Shown: one piece after another, positions 46,489-55,823 of the stretch | Numbering within the stretch: the first letter of the stretch is position 1 | Layout: each line of letters begins with the position of its first letter | Virus record (IMG/VR): IMGVR_UViG_3300028676_000005 | Coordinates: 124,001 to 188,000 of that record | Reading direction: 5' to 3' (one strand) | Length of the DNA: 64,000 nt | Program-made: the position numbers and the translations under genes | Notes under the pieces: generated by a model | Told to the model about the DNA's origin: nothing | Databases searched by the model: none | What the model saw: only the letters and a program-made list of their open reading frames with translations

Positions 46489-48143
46489 GCAATAGTTTCT
46501 CTAAATTTAAGGCGTCTATCAAACTGTTCATAAGCCTCCTTAAACTTAGGGTTCAAGGCGGTTACTTTTTCGTTTATCAGATAGATGCTAGGTAGGAGAT
46601 AACCCCGCCCATCTGGACAGGGAGAAGATACCTTCAAATGGCTGTTTACAAACAGCTGCGAGGTATGGATGAATGTCGAGCTGTCATTAGCATCGAAGTC
46701 ACCTTTCTTCCTGTTACGAGACGAACTAGTAAACACCTTGTCCTGAGACATGCAACCCAGCATGTAGTCCACAAACGGAACGTCAGTCGGGGTAGCTTCC
46801 TGGATAAGGTTGGTATAACGTGCGTTGTCGATTTCTTTTGCATGGAACCGACTATTCATGAAACGTGAAACTTTCTTGTGGCTTAACTCTGAATTGTTCT
46901 TAATGTCGTGCTTAAAGCTGTTGGCTGCCGTGATGAGTTTGTCCATCGTGAATTCGACACTTGCCAGCTCTTTGTGAAACATTGTCGCGCGATCTGTTGT
47001 CTGAACAATCTCACTACGGTTAGTAATGATGTAATTGAACAGATCAAAGATATTGCTGGCCATGATGTTCTGGGCCGCAAATCGTTTGATAGAGTCGTCA
47101 TCCAGATACTCGTTGATCGAGATGAAGTGATCATTCATCAGGCGCATGATGTATTCATTTGGATCGCCTGCTTTAACCGACGTACGGCCAATCAGGAGTT
47201 TCCAGTAGCTTGGATCGTCAATCCGGGATTCGTCAAAGTAACTTGACATGCAATCCGCCACAAACTGTAAAGACGCTGCATACTGCAACCCAAGCGTGTT
47301 CAACGTAGTACGTTTACTAGACTTGTTACGGATTGCTACTCCGTAATCCAAACTGATGAACTCGCCCAAGAACTTGGGATTGTTCGTGCTAGACTTGGTA
47401 ATGATTTCCCAGCGGTCTTTAGCCTTGCAGTCACTAACTAGAGCTTCTACCGGGCCAAGCTCGTACTCACACTCCCCAAACATATCCATTGCTTTGCTAA
47501 AGCCCATGTCTGCGAACACGTACCAGGCAAGTAGTGGAGTTGGAACATTTTTACTGGTTATCTTCCGTGAGTTGGTAGGACTGTAGAACCGGTTGCTAGC
47601 AAGGTTAATACCTGCCGTCCGATACTTGGTCTGCCCACTGAGGTCAAACACATAATCATAGTTATAATGTTCAACACCAATCTTGAATTTAAAGCCCAAG
47701 ACCTTAACAAACAGAGAACCATCTTTAGCAACTGGCAAACCTTTCTCTGCCAGAACCACTTGTAAACTGTAGTGCACCCCACGCAACCAAATGTCGCCAT
47801 ACCTGTCACAGTACGGAAGCATGGTGTAAGCATGCATCGGGATCATCTGCCCGCCTTTATCACGATACTCAAAGTTGAGCCGGACAGGGAACAGTGTTTC
47901 TTTGTGAATGTCGTACACACGGGTGCTGCTTGCGGTCAGGTAGCGAATATATTCGCGAGGGGACACCCGTACCACATTAAGGAAGAATACGCCTCGGCTT
48001 TCGATACTCTTAAAGATAGCCTTTAGAGAGTTTTCGTAATACCGCTGCACTCCTTCAAATTCCTTTAAGTGAAACCCATCCATCAGAGTTTGGTTAAAGG
48101 GTGGATACTCCGCTTTAATTGCATCGGCTATCAAGTGAAACAT
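46485..48143 (-). CDS. non-virion RNA polymerase beta subunit, N-terminal part (phiKZ gp123-like)
   Basis: P.FN.....G, VSPREY, LPY.D..G, Y.D...motifs; ~550 aa; position near MCP; ATG 48143 after GAGGT. Confidence 0.75.
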   Translation of the reverse strand: MFHLIADAIKAEYPPFNQTLMDGFHLKEFEGVQRYYENSLKAIFKSIESRGVFFLNVVRVSPREYIRYLTASSTRVYDIHKETLFPVRLNFEYRDKGGQMIPMHAYTMLPYCDRYGDIWLRGVHYSLQVVLAEKGLPVAKDGSLFVKVLGFKFKIGVEHYNYDYVFDLSGQTKYRTAGINLASNRFYSPTNSRKITSKNVPTPLLAWYVFADMGFSKAMDMFGECEYELGPVEALVSDCKAKDRWEIITKSSTNNPKFLGEFISLDYGVAIRNKSSKRTTLNTLGLQYAASLQFVADCMSSYFDESRIDDPSYWKLLIGRTSVKAGDPNEYIMRLMNDHFISINEYLDDDSIKRFAAQNIMASNIFDLFNYIITNRSEIVQTTDRATMFHKELASVEFTMDKLITAANSFKHDIKNNSELSHKKVSRFMNSRFHAKEIDNARYTNLIQEATPTDVPFVDYMLGCMSQDKVFTSSSRNRKKGDFDANDSSTFIHTSQLFVNSHLKVSSPCPDGRGYLLPSIYLINEKVTALNPKFKEAYEQFDRRLKFRETIA

Positions 48144-48155
48144 GTGACACCTCAA

Positions 48156-49292
48156 TCAGGAGAAGAGGAGTTTAAATCCTGTCAAGAATATACCGACCAG
48201 GCTACCTACGCCTTTAAGTAGCTCACCCCAGCCACTCAGGTTATTATGCTTCCTGGTATGATCAAGGGTAACTTTGGCATAGAACTCTTTATTACGCATT
48301 TCAAATTTATTGCGATCTGCTTCTTCTTTGCTGCTAATTTCCGAGCGAGAAGACTTATGAGCCGCAGCAGCTGCGTCCATTCTTAGTTTCTCTAATGCGT
48401 TCTTGTGATCTTGTTTCATGAACGTCATTTGGGTATTAGCTTCGTCTAGTTGTCTCTCCAGCTTGGACAGTTTAGCTTGTGCTTCACGCAACTCTTCAGA
48501 CTTGCGCTCTAGCGCTTTAGAGATGTCCTTCAACTTGCCTTCAGCTTCAACATACCGTTCGGTGTTACCACCTTTAGTAGCCTCAGCCTTGTTCATGAAC
48601 ACGCCAAGCTTTTCGAGGGACTCTTTGTCCAAGCCATCGAAACTGTAAAATAGAATATCTGGTGAAGTATTACCGCTGTCAACTCCAACGTAGAGTCCGG
48701 CGTTAGTACCCGCGTCATGTTCTACTGGCACTTCAGTAGCCTTACCGCCCAGGTTTACGTAATACGGATGTTGCGTTCTACCCGGATCATTTACATAAAC
48801 ACAGTAATATGCCATGCGACGTTTGCCGGTTGAATCTTTTAACGCAGTAAGGACATCCCCAATTGTTGCTTTTGGAACATTCATAGGACTTCTGGAAAGA
48901 TAGCCGCTTCCACGATATAAAGTCATACCTAGCATTTCACTGTGAATGTATCCACCGTCTTCTGCTAAGTCTCCTGTTAACTTAACGTAGATTACCATGT
49001 TCATTGGCATGGTAGGAAAATAGGAGGCTCCCCGCCCCTTCTCTTCTTCCAGCTTTCCTTTGAATGCTTCCATCACATATTTGTCAAACTTTGTTGTTGC
49101 CTGGTCTGGATCAAATTCAATGCAGGTTGGAATAACCCCATTCATCCTGAGAACGACGACATCGCCAGTTGGAGAGTAATCAGCTTCTTTACGACGCTTG
49201 ATAATGTAACTCAATCCACCTTTTATCTTTACGACAATGTCACTCGAAGAAGATCCATTAATAACTTCGCGCTCCAGCTTGAAACTATTCAT
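48156..49292 (-). CDS. core hypothetical protein with coiled coil and hydrophobic C-terminus
   Basis: 378 aa between MCP and nvRNAP genes. Confidence 0.65.
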   Translation of the reverse strand: MNSFKLEREVINGSSSSDIVVKIKGGLSYIIKRRKEADYSPTGDVVVLRMNGVIPTCIEFDPDQATTKFDKYVMEAFKGKLEEEKGRGASYFPTMPMNMVIYVKLTGDLAEDGGYIHSEMLGMTLYRGSGYLSRSPMNVPKATIGDVLTALKDSTGKRRMAYYCVYVNDPGRTQHPYYVNLGGKATEVPVEHDAGTNAGLYVGVDSGNTSPDILFYSFDGLDKESLEKLGVFMNKAEATKGGNTERYVEAEGKLKDISKALERKSEELREAQAKLSKLERQLDEANTQMTFMKQDHKNALEKLRMDAAAAAHKSSRSEISSKEEADRNKFEMRNKEFYAKVTLDHTRKHNNLSGWGELLKGVGSLVGIFLTGFKLLFS

Positions 49293-49326
49293 ATTCCAAA
49301 CTACCTTTATTAGTATGTCCTACCTT

Positions 49327-49344
49327 GATAATTTAGGTTTGAAA
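49327..49344 (-). promoter_or_regulatory. degenerate early/middle promoter
   Basis: Minus strand TTTCAAACCTAAATTATC resembles the TATATTAC element. Confidence 0.45.
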
Positions 49345-49361
49345 TATTCTTTGTGATTAGC

Positions 49362-49416
49362 AAAATGCAAAAAAAAGGAATCAACTACCCCACTCCCTTT
49401 TAAAGGAGTGAGGTAG
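49362..49416 (-). terminator. MCP transcript terminator
   Basis: CTACC.CACTCC / GGAGTG.GGTAG stem followed by T8 tract. Confidence 0.75.
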
Positions 49417-49445
49417 AAGAGACCAGATGCAACTAACCTAAACGC

Positions 49446-49535
49446 GCCTCATCGACAGTGTCAAGAGGGGTACTAGGCAGGCCCCTCTAACAGACCGTAG
49501 TAGGTCGATGGAAGGATGAGGCCTACGGGTTTCCC
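49446..49535 (-). other. putative -1 programmed ribosomal frameshift cassette
   Basis: G_GGA_AAC at 49535-49529 in frame; 6-nt spacer; paired segments GCCUCAUC/GAUGAGGC and AGAGGGG/CCCCUCU; -1 frame stops at 49473-49475. Confidence 0.8.
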
Positions 49536-51721
49536 GCTTCGATGGCGCCTTGGATGCCAGCCAGAGCTGGAGCCAGACCTTCGATGGCGATGCGCTGTTT
49601 TGCCAGCTTGGTCAGCAGACCGTTATCACCCAGGAACTCTGCGGCGTCAGTGATCTTCAGCGAACCGATGATCGGGTTGAGCGCCCAGTGTTTGTAGGTA
49701 GGGATGGTCATGACCACACCGAAGTCCTGCTGATCACGAGTCACGTTACCTTGTACAACGATGTTCTCTTTCGAGACAACGACGCCGACACCGCCCAGTG
49801 GGTTGATGTAATCGGAAGTCGAATCGTTTTGGGTAACGATCAGGATCTCACCGATCTGGCTGTCGAAGTTGGTTTCGACGGCTTTCATGGTGGTCAGAGG
49901 ACCCAGGGTACGAGCGTCGCCCAGACGGAGCAGGAAGCGGCACAGGTTCTGGTGAGCGATGATGTTCCACTTCGGAGAAGTAGCACCGCCGTATTCGGCG
50001 ATCGCGGCGATACCGGACTTGGTAGTCAGGGCCGAAACGATGTCGCTGATTTCGTTGGTGAACACGGCGCAGACTGCTTCCAGCACACCGGTGCTGTCTT
50101 GGGTCGATACGACGTCGGCCAGGGTGATCTTGCGGTTTACTGCGGCAGCTTGCACGTAGTGCATGCCTGGCAGGACGTTGGAACCCTGGTTGTTCGAGAC
50201 CACAGCATGGCCGTCGATGGAGGTGATGTACGCCAGGTGCTCAGCAGCCATGTCGAACGCTTTACGCGAGCACTGGTTGTTGATCGCCACCGACATTTGC
50301 TCGATCGCGTAGTCCAGGGAGCCCTGGTTCACGTCTTGCTTGTCGATTGGGTATTTCACAGACACCGGGTCGCCACGTTTGACGGACAGGTGCTTGTCGG
50401 CATCGAACACTTCGATACGGTAGCCGAAGTTACCGCGCGAGTTGTTGGTCACGTTACCGGTGATTTCGATACCGGATACGGAACCGTTGGTCAGGGTGCG
50501 GAACAGTGATTTCTGAGCGTCATCAGCGCGATCACGAGTGATCACGTTACCGGTTGGGATGTGCTGGAGAGCAGTGATCGAAACCTGGCCGCCGTTCAGG
50601 CGCATGACGTTCTTTTGACGCTGGTAGTTGCCGTCCATCGACACGTCCAGCAGAGGGCGGTAGCCAGCTGCTTTCAGATCGGCGAACAGGGTCTCACCAA
50701 CTTCCAGGCCGTCTTTGTCCTGTACAGCAAAACCGTTGTGACGGTTCAGCAGGATGGCCATTTTGCGGTCATCGGACGATTGGCCGTTCGAAGTCGGGAT
50801 GAAGGTGTTGTTCGACATCGCCTTGGTGTTGATGAAGAACGTCTTGACAGTGCCCTTGATAGTAGCGGTCAATTGCAGAGTCTGACCGGTGAGCGAGTTG
50901 GACTCGATCTCGTCGGTAGCGGTGTACGGACGCTGGCCAGGGGTTTCGCACAGGCCCAGGAAGTTCGGAATGACGCTCGGAACTTTCAGGAAGCTGGTCA
51001 GGTGGTTTTCGCGGCCCAGGGCATCAGCTTCCATGTAGGTAGCGGTCCATGGGGTACGGTCGGCGGCTGGAACGAACAGCTCGCGGGTGTCGTCGGTGTC
51101 CGACTCAGGGTACACAGGGTGTACAGCCAGGGCGGATTCGGCGAACATTTTGCCGGAACGCAGCAGACCGAAGATCGGTTGCAGTTCGGAGGCGGACTGC
51201 CAGGCGCTGTTGCCGTAAGCGTAAGTACCCAGACCAGCGGCACGAACCTTCATCAGGACGCCTTCGTCTTCGTAACGAACGGTCAGGGTGGCGAACAGTG
51301 CTTCGGCGCCAGGAGTCTGCAAGTGGCTCTGGGCGTTGAGGGCCATGTTCAGAGCTTTGACGGTGGTTTCCGAGCCTTCCCAGTTCTGCATCGAGAAGCC
51401 TTCCAGGCCATCGACGGTACCGTAGAAGCTTTCGGTACGTTCAACGATGTCTTTCAGCTCGCTCGGAGCAATGTTGGTGGTACGGCCGAACGAGGATTGG
51501 AACGCGGCGAAGTTCTTGTCGTTCAGACGAGTGGCCAGCATGCCATTCAGCGATTGGCTCTCAGCGCCTTGAACACGAGCCAGGTCGAACTTGCTCGAGA
51601 AGCCAGAAAAGTTTTCCTGGCCTTGCACCGCGGTCAACGATTCGTTCTTCAGTGCATCAGCGATCAGCTGAACAAGGTTACCCTCGTTCTTGAGACCCAT
51701 CTTAATCTGTTTGTAAGCCAT
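49523..51721 (-). CDS. major capsid protein (phiKZ gp120-like)
   Basis: 732 aa; strongest codon bias; N-terminal G-x-E processing sites; Q...AEALF.T, TNNSRG motifs; synteny with helicase. Confidence 0.85.
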   Translation of the reverse strand: MAYKQIKMGLKNEGNLVQLIADALKNESLTAVQGQENFSGFSSKFDLARVQGAESQSLNGMLATRLNDKNFAAFQSSFGRTTNIAPSELKDIVERTESFYGTVDGLEGFSMQNWEGSETTVKALNMALNAQSHLQTPGAEALFATLTVRYEDEGVLMKVRAAGLGTYAYGNSAWQSASELQPIFGLLRSGKMFAESALAVHPVYPESDTDDTRELFVPAADRTPWTATYMEADALGRENHLTSFLKVPSVIPNFLGLCETPGQRPYTATDEIESNSLTGQTLQLTATIKGTVKTFFINTKAMSNNTFIPTSNGQSSDDRKMAILLNRHNGFAVQDKDGLEVGETLFADLKAAGYRPLLDVSMDGNYQRQKNVMRLNGGQVSITALQHIPTGNVITRDRADDAQKSLFRTLTNGSVSGIEITGNVTNNSRGNFGYRIEVFDADKHLSVKRGDPVSVKYPIDKQDVNQGSLDYAIEQMSVAINNQCSRKAFDMAAEHLAYITSIDGHAVVSNNQGSNVLPGMHYVQAAAVNRKITLADVVSTQDSTGVLEAVCAVFTNEISDIVSALTTKSGIAAIAEYGGATSPKWNIIAHQNLCRFLLRLGDARTLGPLTTMKAVETNFDSQIGEILIVTQNDSTSDYINPLGGVGVVVSKENIVVQGNVTRDQQDFGVVMTIPTYKHWALNPIIGSLKITDAAEFLGDNGLLTKLAKQRIAIEGLAPALAGIQGAIEAGNP

Positions 51722-51809
51722 GGAAGGAATTCCTTTTTAAGCGTTGGACGTTTAACAAATATATATATTTGTGTATCTACTACACATAACATACATATTG
51801 AAACGAGGT

Positions 51810-52358
51810 TTAAGGGTTTTGATTGCCCAGCAGTTTGTAAACTTCAGCCATGGTGAACTCACCTACTTTACTGTCCACAATCGCACCGAAATGAGATTCC
51901 ATGAAACCGTGAACATGCAAGATGGCCTCCAACAATGCACCAGAGAATGTTAGCGCAGAAGCCTTACTCCAGCTGGGCGGTGTTGTTTGGTTCTCGTCGT
52001 TAATAACAACCACGAGTTGATTACTTTTGAAAGAGCTGTATCCAAAAGATGTTGCGTCGGTAAACGCGGCGGATAAGCTTTTACTGTCGACACTATTAAA
52101 TGCCGCTTTTAACATCTCACCTTCATAATCTTTACTGAAGATTAAATCTGGGTCGAGCAAAGCAACACCGAGTTCTTTTGCAGCGCGGTATTGCATAGAA
52201 ATGATTTGAGCAATTTCACCGTAAGTTGCCTTTTGATGATATGTCTCAATCGTCGATAAGTTGCTCAACGGAATGCCGACCTTAGCCAACAACTTAACCA
52301 TAGAGTTGGTCAAGAAGAATACTTCGATCGGGGAACCGTTAGGTGTCCTGAGAATCAT
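51810..52358 (-). CDS. putative head-associated protein (phiKZ gp119 position)
   Basis: Between helicase and MCP; AGGAG RBS. Confidence 0.55.
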   Translation of the reverse strand: MILRTPNGSPIEVFFLTNSMVKLLAKVGIPLSNLSTIETYHQKATYGEIAQIISMQYRAAKELGVALLDPDLIFSKDYEGEMLKAAFNSVDSKSLSAAFTDATSFGYSSFKSNQLVVVINDENQTTPPSWSKASALTFSGALLEAILHVHGFMESHFGAIVDSKVGEFTMAEVYKLLGNQNP

Positions 52359-52386
52359 AGCGTTACTCCTGGGGAGTTTGTTTTAA

Positions 52387-53919
52387 ATGAATGACTTACT
52401 GGTATTAGTCAAATTGCTTTCAGCAATGTACCAAGCCAAGAAACTTAAAGATAAGGTTCTGCTAAAAGAACTGGAGGAGCTTTACGAGGAACTCCCACCG
52501 CCGCCACAGGAAGTGTTTGTCCAGAATAAAGAACTCCGTGACAGCATTAAAGCATCCGTACTTTGGCTCCTCAAAGAGCCTGACGATGAGCCGATCATAA
52601 AATTAGCACTTATGCAACGGGTTCGTCTGTTTTGTGTTGGTCAAGACGATATCAAACTTGCAATTGAAGACGGTCTGGAAGACTTTGACGACGACTTGAT
52701 GACGCGTAAAGTAATCTACAAACAGATTACCGATATCCGTCTGAGCTTTGAAGACAAAGGTTTCTCGGATAAATGGAAGCGGGCAACTAAAGCTTACTTC
52801 TACAAAGACATCCATGAAATTACAAAAGACGACTGGGTAAAGTTATCCGATCTCATCAACGAACGCATGGGTACGTTGTACGAAGATAAACAGTCAGAAG
52901 TACTTTGCGAAATCAGCACCGAGTCGCCAACTAGTTTCCATGAAGTTATTGCACTGGCAAAGAAAGAAAACAGTAAAGAAGGTATTATCAAAACTGGTAT
53001 TCAGGCGCTCAATAAAGCACTGAGTCCGGATGGTGGCTTTCGTCGTAGTAAGTTCTACTTGCTTAACGCACTGACTAACCGTGGTAAGTCGCTTACTGTA
53101 GCGCACATGGTAGCCTCTGTAGGGCTCTATAACAAGCCTCAGTTGCGTAACCCGTCTAAGATACCGACTATCCTCTTGGAATCGGCAGAAGACACCATGG
53201 ACCTTATTATCCAGCGTATGTATAAGCTAGCTATTACTGTTAACAGTGACAACGTTCCAGATTTCAACATTGCTGCTCAAGATGACATCGTCGAAGCTAT
53301 TTGCAGTTGCTTTAAAGCAAATGGTTGGGTATTGATTATTAAGGTGATCGACTCCAACAAAGATGATTGCAATCAGATGTTTGACCGCATTCGTCGTATG
53401 GAACTCAAAGGCCACGAGATCATCTTCTACGCCTATGACTACCTGGCTCTGCAAAACTTTGACAAGCTCCCTGGTGAGACTAAATCAGACAAGCTACAGT
53501 TGTTGTTCCGTAAGGTTCGTTCCTTCATCATCAACCGCGGCATCTGCTTTATCACCCCACACCAGCTGAGTCCAGATGCTAAGAAGCGTCTACAAGAGTC
53601 TGATGAAGAATCAGAAGTTTACTTTGCTCGTGAAGTTGCTGGTAAGTCTTACACCGAGACTTCCACTAAAATCACCAACGAAGTAGACGTAGAGATTACC
53701 TTCCACGTTGCCAAGACGTCCTTTAAGAGTTACTGGACCTTCTGTATTGGTAAACAGCGTGGTGAAGGTTGTGCACCAGAAGATCGCTTTGCTATCTACG
53801 ACATTGATCCAGTAATGGGGCTCCGTCATGATATCAATGGTAAACCTCGTTTCAGGAGAAGTCTGCAGACTAGTCTGGACGATAATGGTAACGTGGTAAA
53901 AGACTTTGACTCTATCTAA
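52387..53919 (+). CDS. dnaB: DnaB-like replicative helicase (phiKZ gp118-like)
   Basis: IKTGIQALN, GGFRR, Walker A ALTNRGKS, SAED, YDYL, HQLS, GKQRG. Confidence 0.85.
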   Translation: MNDLLVLVKLLSAMYQAKKLKDKVLLKELEELYEELPPPPQEVFVQNKELRDSIKASVLWLLKEPDDEPIIKLALMQRVRLFCVGQDDIKLAIEDGLEDFDDDLMTRKVIYKQITDIRLSFEDKGFSDKWKRATKAYFYKDIHEITKDDWVKLSDLINERMGTLYEDKQSEVLCEISTESPTSFHEVIALAKKENSKEGIIKTGIQALNKALSPDGGFRRSKFYLLNALTNRGKSLTVAHMVASVGLYNKPQLRNPSKIPTILLESAEDTMDLIIQRMYKLAITVNSDNVPDFNIAAQDDIVEAICSCFKANGWVLIIKVIDSNKDDCNQMFDRIRRMELKGHEIIFYAYDYLALQNFDKLPGETKSDKLQLLFRKVRSFIINRGICFITPHQLSPDAKKRLQESDEESEVYFAREVAGKSYTETSTKITNEVDVEITFHVAKTSFKSYWTFCIGKQRGEGCAPEDRFAIYDIDPVMGLRHDINGKPRFRRSLQTSLDDNGNVVKDFDSI

Positions 53920-53941
53920 CTGAACCAAAGCGAACATAACC

Positions 53942-53976
53942 TATACTCTCCTACCCGATAAGGGTAGGAGAGTATA
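53942..53976. terminator. bidirectional terminator
   Basis: TATACTCTCCTACCC / GGGTAGGAGAGTATA 15-bp stem. Confidence 0.8.
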
Positions 53977-54002
53977 TAAGGTTTATTTTGCATTTTCTTT
54001 TA

Positions 54003-54356
54003 TTAGCTAAACTCAATTACTGACTCGCGTGCACATTTGGCTTCGCCAATACCGATGGTAAAGTGAAGTCTAACCCCTGTCAATTTCCCTTCTTCAGTGG
54101 TTCTGGCGGAAGTCGTGACGTCGATTGTTACCCCATCGTTTATCGATGTGAAGTCTCTGGCCGCTGTACCAGCACGATCCTCAAATTTCACAAGCATTTG
54201 CGCAAGGGTAAGATTAGTAAGCCCCAAGACGTCTTGTGACAAAGTGATGGTCTGTTTAGTAACAGATGTAACAATCAAATGAGCCATGCTAGCTACATGT
54301 TCTTCAAAACTTCTTTCTACACTTGAAAGTTCTACATCAGTAGTCATGTTGTTCAC
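54003..54356 (-). CDS. hypothetical protein (~115 aa)
   Basis: ORF converging on helicase; start uncertain. Confidence 0.55.
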   Translation of the reverse strand: MNNMTTDVELSSVERSFEEHVASMAHLIVTSVTKQTITLSQDVLGLTNLTLAQMLVKFEDRAGTAARDFTSINDGVTIDVTTSARTTEEGKLTGVRLHFTIGIGEAKCARESVIEFS

Positions 54357-54479
54357 CTGGGTTCATTATCAATAGGGAGGTCGCTTACGCTCCGCTATAC
54401 AGAAATAGACCTAACCGTCCCCACCCGCTTCCGCAGATAGTTTTATCAAGTCTTATAAGCTACCTCCCTCAGTTGATAA

Positions 54480-55820
54480 TTACTTAACCGAGAACTCTTC
54501 AATACCAATAGTCAAAGACAACACGCTGTGCTCTCTGAAGATGGTGTTAACACTTTCAGTATCAGGTTGGTAGACAGTCCGCAGACCACCCACGCTACCT
54601 TCACGATACATCAATGCCTCACTACCACTCATGTAGTAATAACGAACTGGCATGCACGGATCAATGAGTGCTGCGTTAGAGTTGTGCCAGGACAACCCAG
54701 TGATACTTACATCGTTCTGAGCGTTCTCTGAAAGATGCTTGCAGAGGTTACCAGTCGGAGTCAATACCGTAGGGACCCACTCTTCCCCAGAAGCACGGCT
54801 GACCGTCTTGTACTCAGACAAGGAGTCTCCTCGCGTTGTTGCAGCGACACCCTTGTTGTAGTAACGACCTGTTTCGCCCATTGCCGCATCGACAGAGATA
54901 ATCCTTTTACCAACGCCATGTTCCTGTCGGTCAATATCAGTAGTCTCACTGTTGTGGGCACCACCGGTTGAAAAGACAGTAATGGACTTGTCATCCATGA
55001 TCCAGCTATTGTGCAGGGTGGGAAAAACGTTCTCTGGTAACCGGTATACGTTTAGTACTCGCCGAGCCTTCTCATAACGACCCATGCGGAACAATGGATA
55101 GACACGCCACAATCCCTTCCGGTAGTACATACCTAGTCCGGTATTGTAGATGCCATACTCCTCGTTCATTTGAAGGAATTCCCCCAAGTCGATAAGACGG
55201 TTACCAAAAGGGATGACCACTTGCTTAAATACCCGATCGTTATCAATTGGGTATTCGATGTCAACTCCTTTCCAGGCGTCAGGCCCGGTTAACCCCAGCT
55301 TAGATCCGCTCTCAGTTAACTTGTCATGGAGAACGTTATCCATGCTGGACATGAGGTAAATGTCACTGACAGGCTCGTTACGGATCTTGGCAAACCCTAA
55401 CTCTAAGAGCTGGAAGTCTACCGTGATCATGTTCATGTTATCTTTACTAGCCAAGTCGGCCAACGCACTGTGACCGCCTTGCATTTGAGGATCGTTTCCT
55501 GTTAAGGGGATCGCCCTGAACCGGTACTTGATCTGGCTAGCCTTCTCACGCTCCACAATCTCGATGATAAGGTTATCTCGAAAAGGAAGTATCTTGTTAG
55601 TGTAAACACCTGGTTGCGTCTGTACGCGGATCGTAGCGTCGTCAGACCGACCACTAGTAAACAGACAGTTACGACTAAACCCCGAAGGCATGAGCAAAGG
55701 GATTTGGTCGTTAGGAGTTACCGCAGTAGCCTCCATCTGAAAGAGTCGTTCATTACGCTGGGTGTTTTCAACATAACGAACGAAATCTATCAGATTTTGT
55801 AAGGAACGGGGAGCTTCCAT
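54480..55820 (-). CDS. baseplate hub-like virion protein (phiKZ gp101-like)
   Basis: GIYNTGLG.Y...W..YP; W.NSN..LI.P.MP; synteny. Confidence 0.65.
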   Translation of the reverse strand: MEAPRSLQNLIDFVRYVENTQRNERLFQMEATAVTPNDQIPLLMPSGFSRNCLFTSGRSDDATIRVQTQPGVYTNKILPFRDNLIIEIVEREKASQIKYRFRAIPLTGNDPQMQGGHSALADLASKDNMNMITVDFQLLELGFAKIRNEPVSDIYLMSSMDNVLHDKLTESGSKLGLTGPDAWKGVDIEYPIDNDRVFKQVVIPFGNRLIDLGEFLQMNEEYGIYNTGLGMYYRKGLWRVYPLFRMGRYEKARRVLNVYRLPENVFPTLHNSWIMDDKSITVFSTGGAHNSETTDIDRQEHGVGKRIISVDAAMGETGRYYNKGVAATTRGDSLSEYKTVSRASGEEWVPTVLTPTGNLCKHLSENAQNDVSITGLSWHNSNAALIDPCMPVRYYYMSGSEALMYREGSVGGLRTVYQPDTESVNTIFREHSVLSLTIGIEEFSVK

Positions 55821-55823
55821 TTA

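Noticed and set aside
49487-49525. Stop-codon readthrough of the MCP TAG
   Set aside because: The zero frame gives ASSFHRPTTVC then another TAG with no motif; the -1 frame explains the region better
49550-51856. Long plus-strand ORFs (319 and 431 aa) antisense to MCP; similar ones at 3041, 6529, 35790, 42300 and 59806
   Set aside because: Shadow ORFs expected from codon bias of the real minus-strand genes; no RBS or recognisable motifs
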